Positions 32,965 through 44,382 of a stretch of 64,000 nucleotides of DNA are shown piece after piece. Both the position numbers and the translations under genes were made by a program. Every line of letters begins with the position of its first letter. Positions within the stretch are counted from its first letter, which is position 1. The stretch lies in contig JANJGN010000026.1 of the NCBI GenBank assembly GCA_026770705.1, positions 27,280,001 to 27,344,000 of the forward strand, written 5' to 3'. Under the pieces are notes generated by a model that saw nothing but the letters and a program-made list of their open reading frames with translations, made no database searches and was not told the DNA's origin. Source of the stretch: Isurus oxyrinchus. Lineage: Eukaryota.

Positions 32965-35650
32965 ATGAATGATAAGAACAAACTTTCCTTGTCATTTAAA
33001 CATTTGCTTCCCTGCACTAGCACTGCGGTGCGTTACATGTAAAATAATGTTTCATTTCAGGCTTTTTTGATTTCCAGATTGGGAATATTCAGAATTTCTG
33101 TTTGCAGGGACACAGAATGAAACGACACTTGGGAGGACAGTAGACATTGGGGGACTGTGAGCTTGGGGCATTCTTTAAAGATCAAAGTCACCACCTTCGG
33201 TTCTGAAACCTGTTTATGTTGTACCCAGCAACAGCAACACTCGACGTGACAAGGCCAAAGTCAGAGGCTTCATAAAACTGACAGGGGAGTTAGGGAAATG
33301 CTGCTCAACATTGCGGGCAAGAACGGAAAGGACGGAAGGGAAATTAAGAACCGTAGAAAGTCACACAAACATAGCCGACAGTATGTCATACAAACATGGC
33401 AGATGACTTGACCTGCAGTGGATACAGACGCCATTTTTTCTGCACTCCCGGCCAATTTCTGTCAGCTTTTTTAATGTACTAAAGCTGTTGCTATGAGATT
33501 CATAGTTAGTGTAAATCATTGTTCAGATAATCATACAAATGTGTGGTGCAAATTAGCGTATTTAATATAAATAGGCATAAGGTCTAGAATAATATTAGCA
33601 AAGACATGGCCTGTGTAATATAAATAGAGACAGGGTCTATTTCAGTATTAACTGAAACAAGGCCAGGAGTAAAACAGCTAGAAATGGGGTCTAGTGTAAT
33701 GTAAACGGGAGCATGGTTTAGAGGGGTTATAACAAAGATAGCACCTACTGAAATATAAACAGGGCCTCATGTAATGTGCGCAGCGGCATAGGCTTTAGTC
33801 GTATAATGTGAGTACTGTCGTAATGCAATATCAGCAATGAAGCGACCTAATATAATGTAAACTCAATCATGTTCTAATGCAGTATACCGTTGCAATAGTC
33901 CAGTGTAATATAAACAGAAACAGAGTCTCATGCAGTAGTAAATCAGTCAGGGCCTAGCGTAACACACGCAGAGACATGTCTAAGGCCGCATATCCGAGAT
34001 ACAGGCTATTGTAATATGAAGAGTAACATTGCCTAGTGTAGTACTGAGACAGTGTGTTGCCTCACACTAACGGAAATGATTCATTGCAGTAATAAATGAG
34101 ATATGGCCTAGGGTAACATCGACAGAGGTGCATCCTATTGCAAATAAATGGAAAAAAAGGACGAATGCAATATAAAGAGAGATGTGGTCGAGTGTAGTTC
34201 GACTGAAACAGTGTTTAATGTAATATAAACTTAAGAAGTAAAATGCTGTCGTCAGTAATAAAATAAATAGGGCCTGGTGTAATATAAGTGGAGGCATACC
34301 TCATACAATAAAAGCTAAGACATTATCTAGTGTAACAGTCCAGTGCGATAATGAATGAGGCGAGCTCTAGTTTAATAAAAACACATGGATTGAACAATGC
34401 ACTAATTAGTGAGTATTGCTTAATTCTTCAATATTTGTGCACAACCAGGCACTGAGCTAATGCATTGAGGTGGCCGTCATTCAACTGTACAGTTAAGTTG
34501 CTCAAATACCTGTACCACGAGTTTGTTTCATTTTAACTTACAGTTTATTTCTGTTAGCTGTGTGTTAATTTTTGCCTTTGTTTCCCATTGTTTCTTCCAG
34601 CGTCATCCCCATTTTCCTTATTAAAACCCCAAGTTTCACCAATTTTCATGTTTCCTGGTGTCACTGAGGATTCTACAGACTGTGTCTGCGTCCCAGAACT
34701 TCAGTCAGTGTTAGTCTCTCTTGTCCATTTGTATTACACAGAGCAGTGATGATCCTTTTACTGCAGTTCACTGCACCGTGTCACATGGGAGAATAGCCGT
34801 TATCAACTGTCTATTTTCTGTACTTTTATATTTATAATTAAATATCCCCATCAATGACATTCTGCTGTTCTCTCTTTGTATCACTAGCTGCCCCCAGCCT
34901 CAGCATCATACATCTCGCTCTGTTGAAGTGCCTCTCTACCATTCAATGTAATCAATCTCACATTCACGTATGCCCCTCTGTCATTGTTTCTCTATATACG
35001 CACCGTACTGAGTCTCATTATTATCAAACTCCCTCTGCATCAGCCATCGTTCTTAGTCACAATTTCATATTCCGCATGTTGTGGGTGTCTGAAAGCATAC
35101 AGGCAGACACAGAGATAATCTATTGACGAGTTACTTACTCGCCTGTCACAGTTCAATGTTTCAAATCTTTAACTAGTGAGAGCAGACGGCACTGAAATTA
35201 TTCACCATGGGGACTTCATTCGCTGATCTTCACAGGTAAATCTCTCAGGCCTTTAACCATTGCGGCCAGACAGGCACTGAGCCGATATACGACGGTGATG
35301 GAGGAGGGCGTTTCACTCACCATCACCGGTATATTGTTCAGGATTTAAACACTCGGTATAAAGTGTGGGGCTGATCCACTGTGGCGCAGGCGGCACTCGC
35401 GTGCACAGGGACAATGTTCAGATCTTCCTTTCAATCATTGCCATCGCACGATTCAATAATTTTAACCCGCTGTCTCCTCTTCTGTTTCCTGCCTGGATTT
35501 GTTAACTCTAATTACTTATGCAACTTCTGATTTTATTTTTGCTCCCTTCTCCTCGTCTCCCTCTTCTGTTTACAATGCACAGGATCCCCCATTGCCAGGC
35601 GGTGGGAAATTCCAGGTGTATTCACTGACTTCGCTGGACTTTCCTTATAT
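32965..35650. pseudogene. Possible tail-to-tail pair of decayed V(J)-C1 Ig-superfamily genes
   Basis: Minus 35492-35137 is C1-like: VKIIESCD..EDLNIV(L)C...NIPVMVSETPSSITVVYRLS..QWLK.ERFTCEDQ..NNFSAVC, then GTAAGT. Plus 34601-34830 resembles a C1 start (PQVSPIFMFP..VSLV..SFY.SSL.VTW). V/J-like fragments at 33107-33430 (plus) and 35510-35650 (minus). Many stops and frameshifts. Confidence 0.3.
33560..34380. repeat. Diverged 27-bp minisatellite
   Basis: Repeated taatataaa(c/t)agagacagggtctagtg-like units. Confidence 0.65.
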
Positions 35651-36130
35651 GAGAGGTTGGGTTTGGGCAGTTGAGAGAAGTCGTGGGGTTTCGGGGGTTG
35701 GGAGGGGACCTGGGGGTTGGGGGGAGTCTAACGGGTGGGAGGAATCCCCTCGCAGTTCGGGGTGTGGGGGGAGCGTCGTGGGCGTCGGCGTGGCTCTGTA
35801 AATTATTTACCCAGGAGCTAGAAGTGGTTTTAATTCTAACTTTTTCCGATTTCTCCCAGTGCAGGGCAAATACCCATGGGAAGTTTGCACTTCACGGCAA
35901 TTGCCGGGTAAACTTTGCCTGGGAACTTCCGGTGATGTATTCCCCGGCGCATCTTTAGGGTATCTTCCATTATACTGCCCTGGAGCTCGGAAGTCATGGC
36001 CCAACAGAATGTTGCATTTTTTTCCCCTTTAAGAAAGCTCCGCCTGAACCTTGCACTGACACTGAATATTTGCCCTTTTATCTCGGTGTTCGAGCGTCTT
36101 CTGCTGATCATTAACTGCGCCGCTCGTTGC

Positions 36131-36773
36131 GGGATGTTGACCGGGATCCGCTGTAACTCTGCCGCAGTTTGGGGCTTGTGGCACAGAAATAAACCGTTGC
36201 GTCTCTGATCAGAGCCTCAGCTCCGTTACCTTGATGGTTATGTTAAATGTCAAGGAGAATTGGCCAACATGTCTGAATCTTGTTCGCATTCACACCGTTC
36301 AGTTGGTTCAGGAGCTGTGGATGTTGCCCGGGCAAATGGTGATACTCTTTCGAGCACAAACCCGTTTCCATCTGTTTCAGATGAAGTTACATTGTTTCAT
36401 AGTTTTGCCATTGTGAGATTTGAACTCTTGATCTTGGGGTTACAAACCCAGTACCAGATGTGTTTTGAAGATGCAGATCACGTGGTGTTCTTGTCGTCTT
36501 AACCATCATTTCAGCTTCGGCATAATTTCAGTAACCGACCCGACCACGGTGTCTGGATGGCTCCATCCTAAGATAAAGTAGTTGGGTAGATTTCATCATA
36601 ATCAGGATCATCATCACTATCATCTCAAGTAGCTTAATCATCAGCAGCATCACCTTACAATTAATAATATGTGGGTTACAGCAGTCAGGGGGAGAACGGA
36701 TTTTTTTCTGGGAAGGAAATACTTACTAAGAAGTGATATGATGACGCTGACCGGCTACGATACAATTCCCCAT
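36131..36773 (-). pseudogene. Decayed V (V11), paralog of V6
   Basis: Leader-like exon 36773-36727 ends at GTAAGT. Exon from 36567 reads GWSHPDTVVGSVTE...KVTELR..DATVYFCATSP; heptamer-like CAAACTG (36165-36171). The 3' flank matches the V6 flank (gcagtt..tg.tc..caga.g.cgct..acaccga). Confidence 0.7.
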
Positions 36774-37392
36774 AATGCTTCCTGAGTCTGTAACTCAACA
36801 GTCCGCCAAATCCTCTAAAAGGGCAGAAATGCAGATCCCGGGCGCACTGTATTGCTGATCCAACCAACATTAAACCGGGAACAGTGGAAAACACTTTTCC
36901 AAAACACAGGAAAGACAAGGAAGGTCAGAGCGAGAGAAACAAACGGAACTATAGGAGAGGCGGCCGCGGACACTGTTGTCACTCGTAAAATCTGTATAAT
37001 GACCTGAATTCAAGAGCAATGCGTCCAACAGAAATTATATAATTCTGCCTGTCTGTAAGGACAGCGTTACGTTCAAAGTCATTTCAAATCTGGGACAAAC
37101 AGTCTGGCGAAAGGAATTAGGGGATTGCTGTATTATTCCATAATTACAAGTGCCTTCATAGTAGAAATCAGTTAAAACAAGGGGCTGAACCTGTCAGGGA
37201 GGAACAGAACAAATCGGCAGCCCATCCCAATGTACTGGATCTGAGCTGTTGACTAACACTGAAATGAACTTCCCATTTATGGGTCCTTAAGGAAACGTCA
37301 CGTTAATGGGCATAAATACTACATCAAACGCAATTTCTCCTCAAGTATTTTGAAGAAATTATCTGTCAGGAGTTGGGGATCCACGGCCTAAT

Positions 37393-37408
37393 GCGCCACC
37401 TGGTGGCC
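37393..37408 (-). promoter_or_regulatory. Putative CTCF site downstream of V12 RSS
   Basis: Minus strand GGCCACCAGGTGGCGC is an essentially perfect CTCF consensus, about 40 bp beyond the nonamer. Confidence 0.75.
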
Positions 37409-37448
37409 GAATTTAATGAATCTTATTTTCACTGATCTCACAAAATAC

Positions 37449-37748
37449 GGTAATGGTACGAGTTGCCTCGAGGCCTTCCTCACTGAGGGTCTCAGCACAC
37501 AGTAATACAGCGACCTGAAGCCCAGTCAAGGTGTAAGCAGTTATATTTTTGGGTATTTTTCGAATGACTGAGACATTCCATAAGAATGTGCCCGAATTAC
37601 GAAAGCTGGAGACGTGTTCTGGTTTTAACGGTGAAGCTGCAAATACTTCACATCGGAAGTTGAAAGATGCAATTTATACTCCTCGAGATTTCTTCCAGTT
37701 ATTGGGCTTCTGTTGACCACTGTCGGACTGAACCTCCAGAACTCACCC
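37449..37748 (-). pseudogene. Decayed V (V12)
   Basis: GVSSGGSVRQWSTEAQ*LEEISRSINCI, a frameshift, STSDVKYLQLHR*NQNTSPAFVIRAHSYG...LYYCVLR. RSS CTCAGTG (37481-37487), 23-nt spacer, ACCATTACC. Confidence 0.8.
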
Positions 37749-37828
37749 CTGCATAAATTATTTCATGGTTAACCATAGAAACATAATGAACAACAGATAA
37801 CGAATAGATGAATTAATATGTAAATGGA

Positions 37829-37843
37829 GGTATAGATAGATAA

Positions 37844-37916
<73 letters not shown>

Positions 37917-38000
37917 CAGATGGATGGGTAGATGGGTGGATAGATTGATGAATAAATGGATAAGTAGACAGATAGACGGATGGAGTGATGGGCGGATGGA
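37829..38000. repeat. (GATA)n/(GATG)n microsatellite
   Basis: Long run of tagatagataga followed by ggat repeats. Confidence 0.95.
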
Positions 38001-39429
38001 CAGATGGGGGGTTGGACGGGTGTAAAAACAGAAAATGCTGGAAATGCTCAGCAGGTCTGACAGCATCTGTGGAGAGAGAAACAGTTAACGTTTCGAGGCC
38101 GTATGACTCTTTCAGATGGATGGATGGATGGATCGGTGGATGTGTGGGTGGATGTGCCTGAAAAACGCTGTTCCACATTTTCAATTTTACGATCCATAAC
38201 TTACAGCAGGTCCTTTATTCCATGTGTGTCTGTCTGGTACTTTCAGTCCTTCCCGATTTTCTGGATCATTCCAATTCCTTGGTTGTTGAAAACTGACGAG
38301 CGGAACGTCACCAAGTTCAACCTGGGGATATCCTTGCGGTATTGATGATCCTTTTCTGGTGATGCTGAATCTTCATTTCAAAGTTAGAAACCGGCTTCAT
38401 GACTGTGATGTGAAATGGGGATTATAACATATGCAACATGCGGCCTTTTCACGTACAACAAAACACTCAGCATATCCGCAACCAAATCACTTCAACCGCA
38501 GCAGAAACATAGCAGATCATTGAATACATATTTTTTTCCATTTCCCTGGTAATTTCTTGCTGCTCTGTGATACTGGAGCAGCCACAACATTCTAAACAGC
38601 ACGGGAACAAAGTACATGAACTGTGACTTTCATTTTAGCAAAATATTGATTGAAAAGTATTGCCACAATGAAATATATCTGATGGGCATTACAAATTGTT
38701 GCCGCAAGTTCAAAATCCCTTAACCCCTTTAAGCACACTCCCGAGAAGCTTTCTATTCAGTACATTCGTGCAGAGGATCAATTGTTCACGAGTTGGATTG
38801 ATAAGGTCAGTACTCCAATGAGATGTGCTCAGGGTCGCCGTGATAGAGATTCTGGTTATGTCGGACATGGTGCATCAGCTAGACAGAGCTGAGTCGGTGA
38901 AATAGCTGAAGTGATTTGAATCGCGGTTTTGAACTTGAATCTAGGGTCAGTGTTCTATGGAACGATATGAATCGAAACTCGTGTTTTTCATATGGTTGCA
39001 GCCACGTTGTGAGGCTTTTTAGGGCCAGGAGAAATGGCGTTGCAATATCAAACCTCCAACAAGAAGTCGATGTGGGGATATCCAGTAATTACCTTTCCAC
39101 ACAAATTTCTGCTGTGAATTTATGCCTTGAACCCCTTTGCGAATGTTCAAAACTGTGGCAAAATGAATTATTGATATTGTTATTAATATAGTCATTAATA
39201 TTATATTAATGAAATATTTTTAGCTAAACAGCACAAAGTTCCTGAATACACATTTGATCCTCCCTCATTGCAGAAGAGGATCTCCACCTTTAACGAGGAT
39301 AACTACCTGCTCTGTGCACATTGCCATTCAAGTTCAATGTCCCACTATCAGGAGTAACTGTCGCTGTGCCAACTAACAGAAACAGTGACAGGAAAATGGA
39401 GAGATAGCTCCAGATCCATAGCGTTATGG

Positions 39430-40352
39430 TGTAGCAGATGATGTGTTGTCAGCTGGACCAAATCCACAAGGAGAACTTGGGCATGCCACCACAAATGTTT
39501 TGCAATTTGTGCTTATTACAAAAAGATGAGTAAACAGCTTTCAGAAGTAATGAGTCAACTAAGGACTTCAGTGAATTCAATACCTAAATTAAAATGTCTA
39601 TTAACAAAATGAAATATTTCAAGCACATACATAAGACAACAATTACATAATACAATAACAACTCCCAAAGTTCCTAATTAACATGACTCCCAGTTACACA
39701 CCCCCTTTAAGGCAACAGTCCAAAATAGATTTTAGATTTCAAAGAAAACTAGCAGGTTAACATGGTGCCCACTTGGCAGTGGAATTCCAAATGGTTTCCT
39801 CTAATGTCAGTTACTGGACACAGCCGACTTATGCACAAATGGCTGGAGTCTTCTTAAAAGCCGTTTCATACACACACCTGTTAGATCTTACATGGCCCTT
39901 GACTCACACAGCCTTTCATTCTCCTTTATATATTTTCTTTTTCCATAATATGTAAATTATATTGCTCTGCATGCCTTTGGAATAGCACCTTTCCAATAAT
40001 ATAAAAATGTTCATGTTGCCAACATTGCCAGTAACCTTTGAGAAAAATATACACGCTCGTTAGCCTGGCTTAGTTGGACAGCTGTAAACAATCTAACACC
40101 CCGTTGAAATCCAAACAATCCCTTCTTTTATCAGAAAGTCAAATTCCCTTCACACTTTACATGCTAAGCCAGCACCCGTGTGTATTCATTAGCATTTCAT
40201 ACACATTTCTACACCGAGCTTCTTTTGATAATTCCAAGCTTACAGTCCATCTGACTCCCTGTGTAATTAAATCACACAGACAGAACCAACTATACACAAT
40301 CCCATAAACCTACTTTCCTATAAAATAGAAAAATATTATGAAATTATTATAC
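39430..40352 (-). mobile_element. Probable solo-LTR-like element
   Basis: About 920-bp non-coding block starting TG (tgtagcag) and ending ..attattatac, with LTR-like composition. Not verified. Confidence 0.35.
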
Positions 40353-40692
40353 TTTAGTAACAATAGTTATTCCAAAGCTGTCATATTGCAAAACAATTTA
40401 TATTTCTCTGTATTTTTTTGCCATTGATCGTGTTTAATAAACATCAGTTGTGTTTCAACCCATTAATGATCTATTGCTAGTTCCAAACCTTTAGCTTTCC
40501 CATACAATCAATTGCTTGCAACAGAATGATGTTTCTCACTGTATCAATAATCCCCAATCCTTTTACAGGTCCTAATCGATTCTTGTTTCATAATCGATTA
40601 ATGATCTCCAATTCTGTAATGATTCAAGGTCCAATGGAAATTCTTTTGTTTAAGGAAATGACCCAGTTGGTCCACAAATCATTTGAATTACT

Positions 40693-41872
40693 GTGAAGTT
40701 CTGGCTAACACATGGGATACAGGGTACTTTGATAAGGTGGATTCATAATTGGCTTAGTTGTAGGAGGCAGAGGGTGATGACAGAAGGATGCTTTAGTGAT
40801 TGGAAGCCAGTATCCAGTGGCTTACCACAGGGATCTGTGCTCGGTCCCCTATTATTTGTCAATTATATAAACGACATAGATGACTATGTGGGGACTAGGA
40901 TTAGTAAATTTGCGGATGACACAAAGATTGGCCGGGTGGTTAACAGTGAGGTTGAGTGTCTTGGGCTACAGGAAGATATAGACAGGATGGTCAAATGGGC
41001 AGATAAGTGGCATATGGAATTTAACTCTGAAAAGTGTGAGGTGATACACTTTGGAAGGAGTAATTTGACAAGGAAGTATTCAATAAACGGCATGACACTA
41101 GGAAGTTCTGAGGAACCTTGGCGTATGCGTCCATAGATCTCTGAAGGCATGTGGAGGGGTGGGGGGGGGGGGGCGGTGGGGGTGGGTGTTGCATGTTGTG
41201 GTGTGGTGAAAAAGGCATTTGAGACACTTGCTTTTATCAATCAAGGCATAGATTATAAAAGTAGAGAGGTCATGTTGGAATTGTATAGAACCTTGGTGAG
41301 GCCACAGCTGGAGTACTGTGTGCAGTTCTGGTCGCCACATTATAGGAAGGATGTGATTGCACTGGAGGGGGTGCAGAGGAGTTTCACCAGGATGTTGCCT
41401 GGGATGAAATATTTAACTTATGAAGAGAGGTTGGATAGACTTGGGTTGTTTTCGTTGCAGCAGAGAAGACTGAGGGGCGACCTGATCGAGGTGTACAAGA
41501 TTATGAGGGGCACGGACAGGGTGGATAAGGAGCAGCTGCCCCATTAGTTGAAGGGTCAGTCGCAAGGGGGCATAAGTTCAATGTGAGGGGCAGGAGGTTT
41601 AGGGGGGATGTGAGGAAAGAATTTTTTACCCAGAGAGTGGTGACGGTCTGGAATGCACTGCCTGAGAGGGTGGTGGAGGCGGGTTGCCTCACATCCTTTA
41701 AAACGTACCTGGATGAGCACTTGGCACGTCATAACATTCAAGGCTATAGGCCAAGTGCTGGTAAATGGGATTAGGTAGGTAGGTAGGTCAGGTGTTTCTC
41801 ACGTGTCGGCGCAGACTCGATGGGCCGAAGGGCCTCTTCTGCATTGTGATTCTGTGATTCTGTGATTCTGTG
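40693..41872 (+). mobile_element. CR1 LINE 3' fragment (RT domain to tail)
   Basis: SGLPQGSVLGPLLFVNYIND..ISKFADDTK..KCEVIHFG..LVRPQLEYCVQFWSP..RRLRGDLIEVYK; (GATTCTGT)n tail at 41848-41872. Confidence 0.95.
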
Positions 41873-42299
41873 AACCTACAAAATGGTTGGATCTTACAGT
41901 GCAGCTCACACAATGAAGGAATTATTCTGTTTGTTAGATTCAAGGTCACACCCACAGTCAGTGCCTATAGTACCAGCGGGACTCTATGAGAGGGTTTGGG
42001 GTATCGCTGGGGCCGGATTCCGTCTGATTTAACAATGTATCTACATAGAAAGTTAAGCCATTGGATGGCTGGATTTCTGTTTATTTATGTCTTCTTGGTC
42101 TATATATTCATTCACAAGGAACTTTAGTTGTCAACAGTGGCTCAGTTGGTAGTAGATTCCCCTCTGACATTAAACTGCTAGACCCTGCCACATTAATACT
42201 CAACTAGAGAATTTCTCGGCTAATGTCCATGTCTTTGTTTATATCGCCCAAGCCCTCTTTCTTTTATTATTTTATAATACCATGTCTTTCTTGTTGCTG

Positions 42300-43620
42300 C
42301 AATGGTCCATATTGCTGTTTATATAAATCTAGGCTCTTTGTTGGCAATTACTGCACAAGGCTCTGTCTCAGTTCAGATTAGACAATGCCTTGTATAAGAT
42401 AAAGCTGCAGTAGACCCCATGACAGTTTCCTTTCACTAGATCCTGTCTCAGTTATTACTGAACTAGACCATGTTGGTGTTCATATTACACAAGACACTGT
42501 CTCAATTATTACTCCACTCGGCACTGCCTGACTTTTTATTCCACGAGATCATGACCCTCTTTATATTACACTAGATTACATCTCTGTTTGAATTCTCTTC
42601 TACCCTATCTCAGTTTGCATTCCCCTGCCTGCCTCAGTTTATGTTACACTAGACCCTGCCTCAGTTTATATTACACTACACTCTATCTCAGTTTATATCA
42701 TACTGGTCTCTATCTCAGTTTATATTACACTAGCCCCTGTCTCAGTTTATATTACACTAGACCCTATCTCAGTTTATATTACACTAGACCTTGTCTCAGT
42801 TTATATTACACTACACTCTATCTCAGTTTATATTGCACAAGACCCTATCTCAGTTTATATTACTCTAGACCCTGTCTCTGTTTATATTACACTAGACCCT
42901 ATCTCGGTTTATATTACACTAGACTCTGTCTCAGTTTATATTACTCTAGACCCTGCCTCAGATTATATTACTCTCGATACCATCTCAGTTTATAATGCAC
43001 GAGGCCTTATCTCAGTTTATATTACACTGGACCCTGTCTCGCTTTATATTAAACTAGACCCTACCTCAGTTTATATTACACGAGACACTGTCTCAGTTTA
43101 CATTACACAAGACCCTGGCATTGTTGCCTTAGAAATAGATTCTCTCTATGATAATATTGCACCAGTTCCTGCCTCAGTTATATCAGTGCTCGGCCTCGAC
43201 TCAGCTGTTCCTGGATTCAGCCTTGACTCTGGTTGCATTACATACGAAAAAGTCTCAGTTATTCCTGCTCTGGACCCACTTTCTGGATATACAACGCTAA
43301 GCCTGTCTTGGTTGTTGCTGCACTAGTCCATACATCTTTTATTACACTCACACTGTCCCTATTTATTCTCCAATATTTGATGTTTTTATTTATCTTACAC
43401 TAGAGGCAATCTCAGCTATTACTGCGCCACACCCTGTCTAGGATGTTATTAATCCATGTCCCCTATAAATAATTGCTGTTCTAGCCCCGAGGGTGGATTA
43501 ATGTCAATTGATATTAGTCATGGCCTTTACTCAATAATTACTGCGTTAACCCTGCCTCAGTTATTGGTACACTAGACTATGTTTCTGTTATTACTGCAGT
43601 GGCCTATGTCTCTCTGAGTT
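42300..43620. repeat. 27-bp minisatellite with a homogeneous core at about 42630-43115
   Basis: Unit tctcagtttatattacactagaccctg. It explains the spurious YYTRPCLSL ORF. Confidence 0.92.
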
Positions 43621-44382
43621 GGAGAGACAATATTATACACAAGGATGTTGAGTTGAGAATTGGCGCTGGCCTAAAACGGGCAGTAATGGAACACCCGTTC
43701 TTTGTAACACCTGTCATTTAGTTTCATTTAGCTCCATTCAAAGAAATTATATTTCAGTTATGGTCAGTTATGTGTGTTCTATTGGAAAAACAGACATTCT
43801 TCTTGCTTGTACCGTCATTTCTCAAAGATAAACTATGATCTTCATCAGAATGTTTCAGTATTTTATATTCTTTTATTAAAATTGTAATAGCAGCTGGTTT
43901 AATACTGTGACTATTTATTGATAACCATTCTGTTATGCGCATTTGTTTATTAAGTGATGTCAGACTGGCGGTTTAGTTCCTAAGGTAGGCTTATCTGTCT
44001 CCGCTCATCAGTTGGAAAGTGGATTAAAACATATCCAGAATAACCAGTAGTTTAATAACAAAAAATCACCTCACCATCTCGCAGAAGCTCCAGATAATCA
44101 CGAATGTGTGATGATTTGTTCAAATGCTGGAAAAAAATCAAACTTTACACATACCTGACATGAGGTTAATACACCTGTAACTCTCCGACTTATTATTCCT
44201 ATTGATGGAAAGTATTGAAACTCCTTCTGCTCTCCAGAGAACTTTCATTATTTCTGTTTCCACTTTTTAAACTGTTATCTTTACAAGTTTCGCGACAAAC
44301 ACTCGAATCATTTTTGGACTGATTGGCCCATATGTAGGTTGCATATTCAATGTAATCTTACCGAAAGCCAGTCAGCAGCACC

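Noticed and set aside
38260-39155. Two faint V-like stretches on minus (SMICYVSAAVEVIWLR; GVQGIN...LYHG)
   Set aside because: Too degenerate, with no convincing YYC or RSS; would need HMM support.
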